DNA from: Lepidodermella squamata
Lineage: Eukaryota > Animalia > Gastrotricha
Assembly: GCA_047495785.1 (NCBI GenBank)
Contig: JBLDXI010000031.1
Coordinates: 1,240,001 to 1,304,000, forward strand
Reading direction: 5' to 3'
DNA: 64,000 nucleotides
In this document: piece after piece, positions 1 through 13,829 of the stretch
Layout of the letters: the number at the start of each line of letters is the position of its first letter
How positions within the stretch are numbered: the stretch's first letter is position 1
The notes under the pieces: model-generated
What the model was told of the DNA's origin: nothing
Databases searched by the model: none
Seen by the model: only the letters and a program-made list of their open reading frames with translations
Program-made: the position numbers and the translations under genes

Positions 1-2
1 CG

Positions 3-3000
3 CTGCAACCCGCCTGCCTAAGTTACTGGTACTTTGCGACGGGTGGGAACTTGCCTTCGATTAAAAGTGGCTACATGTCATCATCAACATCTCAAACCCC
101 TTCTGATATCTTTCAAAGAACAAGACCACAAACATCATCTTGGACTTATGTAGAGCACTTCATTCCACCTTCTACGTCATATTTGATCCACATAACAGCG
201 GAGCGTGGTCAGAAAGCTTATGGCGATGTTGCGTTTGACGATGTGAAACTGTGGAATGACAGCTGTCCGGCTCGTCCTAATGAATGCAGTTTCGACGCAG
301 GCTACGCTGATCCTAACAAACCTTGCGGTATCAAGACCTCCGGAGATGCGTCTTGGAAGTTTGGTCAAAGCAGTCGCACAAACTACGACCACACTTTGCA
401 AACAGCATCAGGAAGATATGCCTATGTTGACTCTAAATGGTCTGCGAGTTTTCAAAGCGCTAAATTGGCATTTCCTGTGGTGATGGATGGCAGGAATTCT
501 AAAGCTTGCATCAGTTTTTGGTACCAGTTGAGTGGAACTAAACCTGGAGAATTGAAGCTTTACTACAACGATGAAGCCGCCGAGGAAAATTTTGTTGCCC
601 AACTCTCCTCGTTTACATCCTGGGCCTTCGCAAAATCTGACGTCAAACTGCAAGGTAACCATCGAATCTCAAAAGCATCATAGCTGAGTTTTCGTTTTAG
701 GATTTCTGCCCGCTAAATGGCTTGCTGTTTTCATTGCAACCTACAGTTACGATGGGAAAGTACCAACTAACCAAATGATCCATTTGGATGATATCAAAGT
801 TACACCTGGGCCTTGCGAAACTGAAAGTAATATTGATAAAACTTCAATTTCTTGGCCTAATCGACTCTTCTACAGCAATCTGCACATTTGAAAATGGCCA
901 ATGCAATTGGGAAAATGATGCAGATAATGTTGACTTTGATTGGCTGTTAGGAAATGGCGCAAATGGTGGCCCAGTTGATCTAGATCATACAGCCGAGTCA
1001 GCCGAGGGTCATTACATGTTCCTTCCGATGAAAAGACCCCTAATCAGAGGATCAAGGGCTAGGTACATTAACCTTACTCCCTACTCAAAGCCTAGCTGCT
1101 TGAGCTTTTACTACTACCTATCAGCAAGCTCATCTTCAACTTACAAAACAGCTCTAAGAGTCCTAGCAGTTACAGATAAAACCCAGCTTACTTTATGGCT
1201 GACATCATTAGATACAAATGGAACATGGGCCTTCGGCCAAGTCGCAATCGATAAGATGTCAGAGCCGTATGAAATTGCTTTTGAGTCATATTTTGACTCG
1301 GACCGTTACGATCCTGTAATTGCTATTGACGATGTAGATGTCACTTTCGACATTGCAAAGTGTAAGACCGCCCCATCTATGAATGAAGCTCCCGAACTCG
1401 GATCAGATTGGCTGACCTGTGATTTCAAAGAAGGAAACCTTTGCCTGTTGAAGCCTAGCAATGAATTCAAGGTTATAATCGATGCTCTTGATTCGAAGCC
1501 ATCTGCGACATATGAATATAAATCACTGAACCATTCTGTCCATCTGGCAAGTCGATGGATTGCAGCACAGCCTAGCTACTGCATCTCCTTCTTTTATGCA
1601 TTTCACGGCCTCAACCCAGGAATCTTCAGTGTTGGTTTTAGAAATAGAAGAGGGGTGGAGCTTACGGAACTGATGATTAGGGAAGAAGGTCAAGGATACC
1701 GTTATCTCCCGGCTTATTTTGAGGTATCATCCTCGTATGATTTCGAGCTGATGTTTGAAGTCACCCCATTCGATCATAACTTCACAGTTGAGTTGAATTA
1801 CAGCGGAACAATATCACTTCGCGATGTCTCAGCTTCGCCAGGATCCTGTGGCCCAGAGATTACCCCTATCACAGATTTTGAGGCAAACGTTGGAAATTGG
1901 ACTACAGATTACTCATTAGGAGAGCCGAGAGGGTACTGGAACCTACTGACTTACAACGAAGGTCTCATCAAGTCATTTAAAGTTCCTCCATTTGACAATA
2001 CGTATTCAACCGCTGATGGGCATTATTATTCATTGACATTCAACGCAAAGGCTGAAGCAGCTGAAAGCATTCTCAGAAACAACATACCATTCCGGCCAAG
2101 TAGCGACCAATGCTTCATTTTCCGCTATTACATTGAAGATGGAGATAAGGATGAAAGTTACCCATCTACTTTGATGGTCTGGAGCGAGTACAGAATTGAG
2201 CATAGCATTGTCGAGAAGGAGTTATGGCGATCCAACTCAGCTATGGCGAATACATGGCAAACAGGCGTTGTTTTAGTTCCAGCAAATCTCGACTATTCGG
2301 ATGTCACGATTTCTGTCAGAGCATCATTGCTAAATAAGAACGACATTATTGCGATCGATGACTTGATTTTGGTGCCAGGTGCTTGCAGAAATCCGATTTC
2401 TTGCGATTTCGAGGCGGGAAAGTGTGGCTACACCAATCATTACAGCTCGAAGGCCCAGTCGTCTAAAATGGGTTGGTTATTAATGAGTGCAGGTCACTCA
2501 GACGCCGAGAACTCGCCCAAAGTCGATCATTCCACTGGGACATCATTTGGACATTACCTTTACGCGGATGGATCTTCACTGAAGACTGCTAAAATGAACT
2601 CATTCGTGGTACTTTCACCCATCGCTCCAAGTCATGTATCTTCTTGCGTTCAAATGTACTATTCGATTGGGGGTAGCGATGGGGCGATAAGTTTGGTAGT
2701 ATCAACGATTGACATGAATTCTAGAACCGAAAGAGTCCTGGGCAAACTTTCAGCAGGCACTTCGGGTGTTTGGATGGAGAAAAGTTACGAAATTGGTGCT
2801 TTTATGGAAGCTTTTCAGCTCAAGTTCGAGGCAATTCTATCAAATGAGGATTTATCCGAAAATGCATTTGTCGCTGTTGACGATATTCTCTATGTTGTTG
2901 GTTGTGGTAACCCTGTTACTTCAACACCTACGCCGGACTATCTAAGCTTTGCTTCGTGTAACTTCGATAACGAGTTCTGTCAATGGTCTCAGGATTCCGT

Positions 3001-6000
3001 TAGCCAAGCTGTTTTCTCGCGCGCAAGTGCAAGAGTTGATTCTAGATATGGGCCATCTTCAGATGTTGGTGGATCAGGCTCGTATGCTTACGTAAAAGCA
3101 GGCGGTTCCAGTGGCGGGTCAAACGACGTCATCACCGCAAGAATGATCTCTGCTCTAAGTGAAACGAGTAGCTCTGATATTTGCTTTCAGTTTTACTACC
3201 ATATGAGTGGTCCGTCAATCGATTCGCTCAGCCTAATCGACTCAGGTGAGTCGGAGAACAATGAGACTGTGGTTTGGGAGAGAACGAGGGAACAGGGCAG
3301 TAATTGGAAACTTGGCCACATTGAGTTAACTTTGCCTCAGACTCACAGGTTGGTTTTCAAGACCTCACTGTTGCAAGGCTCTGGAGCTGTAGTTGCCTTG
3401 GATGACGTCTTGGCTACTAAAGGGCACTGTCCCATTTACAGGTCCTGCGACTTTGAAGACAACGCACTATGTGGCTGGACGAATGATCCTTACACATCAA
3501 CACTGTGGAAGCAAACGAAAGGCAAAGATTCTCCAATCCTAGCCCCAACTTGGGATCATACTTACGGAACGCCAGACGGCCATTTTCTGTATTTCGAGTC
3601 TAGCCGAACGGAATCAAGGCACGCAATTCTACGAAGCCCTGAATATCGATTAAGGCAATCCGAAGGTTGTTTCTCCCTCTGGTTGCAAGTACTGTACTAC
3701 CCATCTCAACTATATATTAGCATTGTTCCTACAAGCAATGGAGTTGATTTGACGAGTCAAAAGCAAACAGCATTCCTTTTCTCGAATTGGACTGTCAATC
3801 GATGGAGAAAGGTATCAGCAAATGTCAAAAGCCAACTTGGCACATTCCGAGTGCTAATTGAGGCCGTTGGAGACCTCGGCCGAGGGAGTATCTCAATCGA
3901 CGATGCTGACATCGACCTCGACAAATCATGCGGATCAGCGACTGCCTGTGACTTCGAAATTGACGAATGCGGTTGGGAAAATGACAAAGATAACAATATT
4001 GACTGGCAGCGAGTGAGAGGAAAAGCGTCTAGTGTAGGTTTGGGTCCTGATTTCGATCATACTCTGCAAACTGAAGCAGGGTGGTACATGATGGCCGAGG
4101 CTTCGACGAATTACGCTTCTTTCGGACTACTCACCTCTGAAATAATCAGCCCTTACGAATTCGCCAGGCCAGAAGTTTGTTTCATTTTCTGGTACCATAT
4201 GACTGGCTTTGGGGCTGTCGTACAACTTGATATTGTAGAGGAGAAATCGAGGCAAAAAGTATGGTCGAAATCTGGAGATCAGGTTAGTTTGAAGTGCTAA
4301 GTCAAACCTATATCTGATGTTCCGTTATATCCAGGGGAAGCAATGGAATTTCGGACGACTTGACTTGACTCTGACCTACACAACCGCAATACAATTTCAA
4401 GCTAGAATTGAACCAAGAGGAGGAGGGTTGATAGCAATTGATGACGTAAATCTTAGTACTGTCTTTTGTGTCCCATAGTGATTGCTCCTTCATTTCAAGG
4501 TATCAATGGTCGCTGGTGATTGCTCTCAATTTGATGAGCCTATTTCGCCGCCTTCATTCGACTGTAAAGCTAGAAAACCAGATGGATCACAAGTCCGAAT
4601 CCCTATAAATCAACGCTGTGACCTGGTACCGGACTGTCCCGATGGCGATGATGAGTTAAATTGCGGTCGATCGTGCAGTTTCGACGACCCGGCCGAGGAA
4701 TGCGCCTGGATTCCGACGCCTTACTTCTCGCAGATATGGCAACTGGGCTACGGAAGAGATAATAACTCCCAGGGACCAACCGAAGATGCAACTCTGAGAT
4801 CTCCCGAAGGCGGTTACTATTTTCTCAACAGCAATGAAAAGAATGCGGAAAATGGGCTGACAGAGTTCAAAATTCAAATGCACCCTACGCCGAGCAGATG
4901 TTTATTACGTTTCGCCTACATTTATCCGGAGCTTCCTAACAGTGAGCAGCTATTGAAAATTGAAACTTAAGCAAATAACGTTTCTCTCAAATACAGCTGC
5001 CGATCTTAGAGTCAGCCTACGACGAGGAGGCAATACGTTTGACATATTTGCTGAGAAAGGCCCATTAAAAGATAAGAACAGATGGCTGTATCCTCTTGAA
5101 GAGTCTTTACGTGGAGTCATCATCGGTCGGATTCATACAAACTTTAGTGTAAGTTTTCGAATGGGTCAAGTTTTTTCATATAAGAATAACCATTCCCTAG
5201 CTGATCATTCGAGCCTCGAAAGCTGCTATTCAACAATCTTATATGGCGATTGATGGAATCGAGATATTAGACTGTCTCTTTCCAGGTAAGGAATTCAAAC
5301 ACTCGAATCCTCTTTCCTCCTTCCTCTTGTATACAGCCCCTTCTGATGAACCTTGTGGCCTGCCAACCGCTGCTCAGTTCACGTGTACTAGAAACGGAGC
5401 TTGTGTCAACTTAGACAAGATTTGCAACCGTAGGATTGCTTACCTCTACTTACGATCCGCATCACTCTCATTTTATAGTTGTCGATGATTGCGGCGATGG
5501 AAGTGACGAGGCAGATTGCGGGGAGTCCCCCTTGTATTGTGATCTGGAAACAAGCTCGTGTTATTTGCAAAGTGTGTCTGGACAATGGAATCTCTATCGC
5601 AATTCAATCAATACACTAAGCTGTAAGGATTTTTACCTTGTTGGCTATTCATGTAACGATTTCTTTCAGTGCCTACTCGGGATCATTCAACTGGCATGAA
5701 CTACGGTTACTACTTCTTAGCAAGAGATCCTAGCATGGTTAACAAACTACGAATCCCCAAGACCTATTACTTCAAACCGGGCGAAACTTGTGAACTGCGG
5801 TTTTTCTACACAACTGCCCCACATAGCCGAATATCCGACTACAAAGGAATCGGAATAGGCCTGACTATGGAAATTGATAACTCGTACATATTTTGGCAAA
5901 CAACGTACCTCCAACCAGCTGGATTTGACGAATGGGAGGCTTTGCGTTACAACATTTCTTACAAACTCAAACCCAACCAGCATTTCATTATCGATATTGT

Positions 6001-9000
6001 GGCCACCAACTTCGAAGAGTACTTCGCAATCGATGATATCGTCCTAACTTCGGGTTGTCGCGTTGCGAATGAAGAAGATTGTTTGCCGCCAAACTTCTAC
6101 CGCTGTAAAGACTCGAAAGGCAACACGGTTGGGCAAAAATGCATTCCTAAAGCTTACTTTGGTGACTATATCAAAGACTGCCCTCTTGGAGATGACGAAG
6201 ATGGCTTTGGGCCATGCGATTTTGAGCCTAAAACTTCCTCAGAGGAGCCGTATCTTTGCGGTTGGGCAATGAATAGTAAGGAACTTTTCTCCGTTGAGAA
6301 ACTTCCCCTATCCAGCAGTTATGCTCCAAACAACGACGGCCCTCCAACTAGTAACCCTAATGGGCATATATTATTCGCGAGATCTGGCACTTTGAACGAT
6401 AAAGATTTGTTCAATATCACGAGCCCTGCTCTTCCGAAGATGAGTTCAAGATGTTTGATGCGCTTTTCTTACTACATGAATGGCGAGCCTGGATCAAGCT
6501 CAAAAATTGAAGTTCTAATGGGTGGAGAAAGCCAACCCCTAGTAGCCGAGATAAATCTTTCTGTTCAGAATGATTGGGTGTTATCGGACTGGATTAAAGT
6601 CAGTTCGGGAGAAAACTCAACTGTGGCTCTCCAGATTACGACCAGCAATCAGCGTCTAATCAGTGCTATAGCCATCGATAACATCGCATTTTCTGAGGAC
6701 TGTAGTCCAAATCGTGGCCTCCCAGATATTGATTGCACCTTCAACGATGGAAGCACATGTAGTTGGTCTCAGGATCAAGTTTGGACAGAGCCCAAATTCG
6801 ATTGGAAGTTAGGTGATGGATCGCAATCGAAAACGCTTGGTGGGCCTGGTGTTGACTATGATGGAGAACGTGGTAGAGGGAAGTATCTGTTTGTGTCAGA
6901 AAAAACCTATAAAATGTCCGGGCTTCCACCAGGAAAAGCTACTGGTCAACTTACCAGCCCTTTGCTTACGACAGAAGATCCTTTTTGCCTTGAATTTGCC
7001 TATAACGTTTTCGGATCTAAACCAGGAGAGTTGACACTTTGGCACTTCTATGCTGGTTACTCAAGTGTCTTATTCAAAAGAGAAGTTTCCCAGGGTAACG
7101 AATGGCGATTAGGAAGTGTTACGGTTCCATCTGAAGCTGAAGCTAGGCTCAGTTTCCACGGAAAAGTTTCAGACACAGGAAGTGGATATTTAGCTATAGA
7201 TGCTATCAAAGCCAAGCGTGGTGAATGCCGTCAATTAGAAATGTGCGATTTTGAAGATTCAGCATGTGGTTGGCGTAACGATGAATCGGGTTATTACGGT
7301 ATTTCATGGCTTAGAAGGAAAGGAAGCTCTCATTCAATGGAAACCGGCGCTCAACGAGACCATACCACTGAATCTACGGATGGATTTGTCATGAATTTCG
7401 AAGCTCATGACCGAGTTGAAGGAGATCAGGCTTGCCTAATCAGTCCGAGCTACTCCGTACCTAGCCCATCTAACGAGGCTAAGTGCTTCCAGTTTTGGTA
7501 CCACATGTACGGTGCCGATATGGGATCTCTTGCTATAAATTTGTCACCTATCAAGTCAAGAAGATTCCTGTTTGAGAGATCTGGTAACCACGGAAATCAT
7601 TGGTGGCAAGGACAGTTGGAAATCAAGCAATCAGATTTCCCGCCAGAATACGTAAACGGGAATTTCACTCTAACTTTCATCGCAACTCGTAACCAAGGTC
7701 CATCGAGTGATATTGATCTGGATGATATTGCAATTCTTAACCACGCCTGCCCTCCTGTTGGAACTTGCGATTTCGAAAATGGTCAATGTGGATTCTCCAA
7801 CATGTACACCCAATCTGATTTTGCTTGGATTCGGAATAATGGGGACACTTTGAGTCAATTCAGTGGTCCTAGTGTAGACCATACCTATGGCAACTCAAGT
7901 GGTCATTATATGTTAGTTGAATCAGCAACTGCATCAGGCAATATCGTAAGTACCTTGCAGAAGCGATTTTGTAATTAATTTAATTCTGTCTATTCTAACA
8001 GTCCTACTATGCCAGCGAGATTATTCAATACTCGGATCGAGGTCACTGTCTTACCTTCTACTACCACATGAATGGACTAAACGCTGGCTCCTTGTCGGTT
8101 CAGATTTTGTACCCAAAAACATGGTCAAACGATACCATATGGATAGCTAAGGGCAATCAAGAAAACTCTTGGCTGGAGAAAAAACTGGCCATATTTAGTG
8201 ATCAAGAATATTCCATAGTTTTCGCCGCTGATGCCAAAGCCCTTCAATCCTCAGGGAATGGGGATATAGCGATTGATGACATAGCGCTAGATTTGACTGG
8301 ACCCTGTGATACTTCGCCTAAGCCAACTGCAAAGCCGAATCCTCGCCAGTTCGAACCTTGTGGCTTCGAGATAAGCGATTGTGGGTGGAAAGAGACAAGT
8401 CGTTCATCACTTGTCTGGCAAAGATCTTTTGGCTATGAACGGGTAACGAAAGATGCTCCAATCTCGGATCACACTAAGTTCGATCAAAGTGGCCATTACG
8501 TAAGATAAACCCACAACCGATAGGAAAACTTCATATGTAGCTTTTTAGATGATTTCGTGGTTGAACTTGACAAACTCTGCCGAGTATCGCTTCAAGAGTT
8601 TCAAGTCTCGGCTGGAAAGTCCTTTCTTTACAACAACATCAAGCCATTGCATATTCACTTTTTACCACTACATCGGAAATGGGATTACAAAGGGTGATTT
8701 GTTCGAAGTGGGCATTCACCCAAGAGATGGAAAGGATGCCCAAATCTATTCAATGGACTTCCGTTCAGTCACTGAAAAATGGACGGAGATCAAACTCGAC
8801 TTGGGTTATCAGCCAGATCTGTTCCAGATATACTTTTCACATAGCTTGAGCTTTGTGTATGATTATCCGGCCAGTGTTTCACTTGATGACTTTTCATTCT
8901 TGGACTGTTCCCCGCCTTCACCACAAACGTCTTGCAATCGATTCGAATTCCGCTGCAAAAACAAAATATGCATTGATCAATCACTGCAATGTGATGGCTA

Positions 9001-12000
9001 CGACAATTGTGGTGATAGTAGTGACGAAGAGAAATATTCATGTGAAAATCGCCTTGTAGCCAGCCTCGAAAATTCAGCGGCCGAGAGCCTGAAATTAACA
9101 AACATTGAACCCAGTTCAGATCACCCTGAAGTTCAAACCTCCTGGAGACTAAAAAATGGTCCTGCAAGTGAAAACCCAACTGGACCTAAATCCGACCATA
9201 CGTTGGGTAGCCCGGCAGGCTACTATTACTTATTAGATTCTGAAGCTCAAACTCAAGCAGACGCAATCGCTCGCTTAGTTACCGAACCGATCTTAAAACC
9301 TGCCGGCGAGTGTCAGCTCAGGTTTTACTATCATATGTGGGGTAAAGATGTGAGAAAGCTTGTCGTATATTACCGCACTACGAGTAACGGCCCAGCGAAC
9401 TTACTATGGAAACGAGAAGGAAATTTGCAAAACATGTGGCATCGAGCAGTTGTTGATTTGACGGGAATTGCTGAAGAATTCGAAATAATTTTCGAAGGCA
9501 AAACTGCTGGAGTCAATTCTATGAGCAGCATAGGGTTGGATGACTTCTCATTCTCAGAGGGATGTTTGAGGAGGAATAGTCCTCTTCCTATCTTTTCAAC
9601 GCCAAGTCCAGTTTTCACGACCGCCGAACCATGTGAATCTGATCCAAACAAATTCAGCTGTTTTGAGTCTGGAAGCTTGTGCATCGATCATGACTTGGTC
9701 TGTAATTTCGTGAAAGACTGTCCTAATGGTGAGGATGAGTCATTGTCGTATTGCATGGCTAATCCGACGAATTTTGATGGGTCGACCGTTGAGCAGAGCG
9801 GTTGGTATAGCTCGAACGGCAAGTGGGTAATCACAAAAGCTGACGATCTTCCGGATTCCTGCGTAAGTGCTTGTCCGAATTCGAGCACATCTGGAAATGG
9901 GCAGTACGCTTTAGTGGAATCTCCTCGGTCCTCAAGCTCTTACATGGCAACATTGGCTTTGAGATCGCCAATATCAAATACCGGCCCTTTGTGCATGCTA
10001 GTTTTTGACTACGTCGTAACTGAGAACTCAAAGCAGGGATTCGGGTCGATCACACTTTATAAAAAATTTGAAGATGCCTCAAACTCTAAGAAGAGCGAGC
10101 GTATCTGGATCGCTTACGGAAGCTACCTTGATAACAAGTGGATCCGAGCTGAAATCCCGCTAGGGAATAATAAAGTGCCGTTTTATCTCGAATTCCAAGC
10201 TAAAGGTCTCCCTGAAACTTATAAGCCTTCAGCCATTGCCTTGGATTCAATTTCATTTCTAAACTGTGGCCGATCACCGAAACAACCTTCGTGTAACACG
10301 GCCGAGTTTCGATGTGAGAAAGAGCAGACTTGTATCGACAAGCGTTACGTCTGCGATTTCGCTGATCATTGTGGTGATGGAGTGTCTTCTGACGTAACGA
10401 GCTCTGGCGATGAGCAGTTACAACTATGCGCTTCATCATACGTTGCGCGATGTGCATACGATTATCCGGCTGAGAATTGCGAGGACTGGGAGTCGGGCGA
10501 AGGGCAATTTTTATGGCGAGTTGTAGCGGCGAAAAATGCGCCGACATCAACATTACCTGGAGTAGATCATACGACAGGTTTGTATAAAGTATTTTAAACT
10601 AAAATTGCAACAGCTTGAAGTACAGGTACCCCCGATGGAAAGTTTTTGCTGCTCAACCACAATCGTAACAACGGCAAGAAAGTTGCTAGGTACAAGATAT
10701 CCAGACGTGTGGCATTGGATAGCAGCGGTGGTTGTAGGCTCCGTTTTTGGCTCTACTATTACAGCCCACAACTTGCTGAGGATTTCGGCTTATTGCAAGT
10801 CGTTGCAAGAACTAGTTATGCGCCAATTAAAGAAGTCTATATTGCAAATTTTACTGCATTCACTGGCAGCTATTGGGCAAGTTTTAGTTATAGAAAACGG
10901 CTAACCTAATCGTTTTCTTTTTCTAGTCAAGGCAGGACATTCCTATTGAACCTTCAAGCATTGGTGGAAATAAGATCTTCGAGCTGACATTTCGCGGTAT
11001 AGCCCTTAAATACCAGTTAAGTATTTAACTTCATTGTATGTCCTTTTTCAAGGAACGCAAGGGAATTCGGGTTATACAGGCGCTCTGGCAATAGACGATA
11101 TTTCTCTAACACCTGAGTGCCATCTAACTGATGAGTTACTGCCTGGTCAGTCAATCTCACCCGCTACAACGCGAGCTCCTCAATGTGAGGACGTTCCTGG
11201 TCACTATCAATGTAGTGATGGAATCGGTTGCTATTCTATAAGCCAACATTGCAATTTCATGGATGACTGTGCTGATGGCTCTGATGAATTTGGCTGCAGT
11301 AATTTTAAAATAACTAATGAGCCACATATCACTCAAAGCTTAAATGTTCTATTTTTCAGCTTATTCTTGTGATTTTGACGGGAGTTCGACCGAGTGGTGT
11401 AATTGGCATAACGACCCCAATGCGGTTAATACATGGAAGTGGTCAAAAAGCGGCACAACGTCCACTTCCCCCAAAAGTGATGCAACCGGTAATGGAACAG
11501 GCGGCTTCTTAATTGCAACCGGTGGAGTTAATCCCGGCGATAAAGCTGTGCTTCAATCAAACCTTTTCCAACACGCCTCGCCACTTTGCACCCTTCAATT
11601 TTATTACTGGGCTTACTTCAAAGTTGAAACGCGGAAACAGATACAAATGAATGTTTACCTCAAGAATTCGAAGCCCAACCCCGAACTGCTGCGTGTGGTC
11701 TTGCTGGGTCCAGAGCCTGGCTGGATTCTAACCAACGTCTCGCTAAATTCGTCCACCCCATTTGAAATTCAGTTTGAAGTCGAGAGGATTGCTGATGTTT
11801 CCGGAGAAATTGCAATAGATGGAATCAAGTTCATCGACTGCGCCCCTGAGACTCCAAGTGTTTCATGCTACAATCCCAGCGACTTTTTGTGCACAGACGG
11901 GCTTCGATGCATTCCATCGACTAAACTATGCGACTTCACTTCAGATTGTCGAGACGGTAGTGATGAAGAAGAGAGATACTGCTTAGCTTATCGAGCTCCT

Positions 12001-13005
12001 GGTAGTTGTACCTTCGAAAATCCTACCGATTGGAACAACGTTTGCTGGTTAGAAAAGCCTCTGTTTGAAGAGGAAATAGAGTGGAGGGCGGTTCAGGCCT
12101 TCGAAGTTCAGAAAGGTCCAACTGCCGATCACACCTTAGGATCGCCGTCCGGGCATGTTCTGCTAGCTGCTTCGAAAACAAGCGACGCTAGTGTTGATTC
12201 AAGAGCGATTATTACTTCAAAGGCAACTTTTCCGAAGAATCCATCTGGTTCTTGCGAAGTGAGGCTCTACTATTATCTTTACAGGGCATCGAAGAGTAGA
12301 GGCTCGGGCGCTATTAGTGTCTTTTCCGTTGGGGCTGAATCTGGATCAGCGTTTCTTCACCAAAAGCTGAGTCTATCCGGTGTAGCACCCGGGTCCAACT
12401 CCGCCAGTGGTCTTAATCAACAGTGGTCTTCTAAGGTCTTCTTCATATCTCGAGCGGAGGATTTCAGGATAGAAATCGTGGCGCATAACGACGATAGTCC
12501 ACTATCTATCATGGCCATTGACGATCTCAGCCTTTCAAGAGGGTGCCGAACTGGTGAAGAGGTTGTTTTCAACAACTCAACCATTCCAGTTTGTAGGGAG
12601 GAAGAGCTGTTTTGCCCGTCTGAAAGGTCTTGTATCCCTGCTGCCTGGGTTTGCGACGGAATATGTGATTGCCCTCCTAGTTCCGATCAAGACCTCTGCA
12701 TTGACGAAATTTGCAGCACAACAACTGAAAGTTCACTGTTGGAAACAAAAACTCCATTCCTTAATTCATCAATAGTTGCAGATACTACAACAGAAATTAC
12801 GGAACCTCAGTTAACAACGCCTATAAGTGCAATTGATCCCGGTGATCAAGACTTGGCCATCATTCTAGGATCCAGTTTTGGAGTGGCTGCTTTTCTTTGT
12901 GCTCTGGCAGGTGCAATCTTCTTATTTTTCAGACTCAAGCGGAGAAATCAGCCTGCGCAACTCTTAGCGGAAGAGAACAGCAACTCTGTAACGCCATCAG
13001 ATTAG
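3..13005 (+). CDS. Giant MAM and LDL-receptor class A domain-containing type-I membrane protein (MALRD1-like), 5' end outside window, multi-exon
   Basis: About 21 MAM repeats (CxFExxxCxW...DHT...GxY...CxxFxY...W...IAIDDI) and 9 LDLa modules (e.g. CNRFEFRCKNKICIDQSLQCDGYDNCGDSSDEE). The ORFs join through short GT-AG introns (e.g. 655-700, 827-875, 4283-4334, 4446-4499). C-terminal TM segment LAIILGSSFGVAAFLCALAGAIFLFF is followed by RLKRR. Stop at 13005; AATAAA at 13108. Confidence 0.92.
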
Positions 13006-13829
13006 ATACATCTGATCCATCTCAGAAGGAATAATTCCGAGAAATAACCCATTCCAAACAAAACTGCGTCTGTTGAAGCCTTGCCTGTTACTAAAGCTTA
13101 TTATTTTAATAAATTGAGAGCTAAAGTATAATAGACATTCGTTATTTCTGTTGGGTTGTTTTCTTGATTAATAATTGCATCTTCTGAGGTTATTGGAGAA
13201 GCTCGGGCAGCTGGGCTATGCCAGTTACATCACTGGTAACCAAGGCGTTTCACCGACCTCATACCTCCTTCCCTAAAATGTAGGCCTAGTCGACGTTGCA
13301 ATTTTCGCCAAATTCCCCAAATTTTCGATTTTTCAAACTGATCAGATTCCAACCAAAATGCATGCAAAATTCATTGGGGAATGGTACTTTGTATGACAGG
13401 GAATTTGTCGGTATAAAGAGTGTGTGGATTCGACGCATGGCTGAGCTGCAAAACCGGAAATTAAATGTTGCGTGGCGAATGTTGACTAGGCCCACGCGGG
13501 CCCTTGTTGGCAAAGGTCCCCCCTGTGGTTTTTGTCTGATTTTTCAACCTTTCATCGGGCTCTAAGCCAACTGCCTTGCCTAATTGATGACCCGGCCCTG
13601 CTGCCGAACAGCGTGGTTAAAAGCGAAGCAAATTAACGCCACCTTCCCCCTCATTTGAAAACCAGACCTTTAGGTTGAGAGATTAGCAATGGTTTAAATA
13701 AACGCTTGAAGCAAGTCAAGTTATTCCAGTTCCTTTATTTTTGATCAAATTAAAAAATGAAAGCATTAGAGCGAGAAGAAGAAAAATAACACTGTGTATT
13801 ACAAGCAGCCATCAACAACCAACAAAATT

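Noticed and set aside
651-11400. Frame breaks between MAM ORFs as a pseudogene or frameshifting
   Set aside because: The breaks checked are explained by 45-60 nt GT-AG introns that restore the frame.
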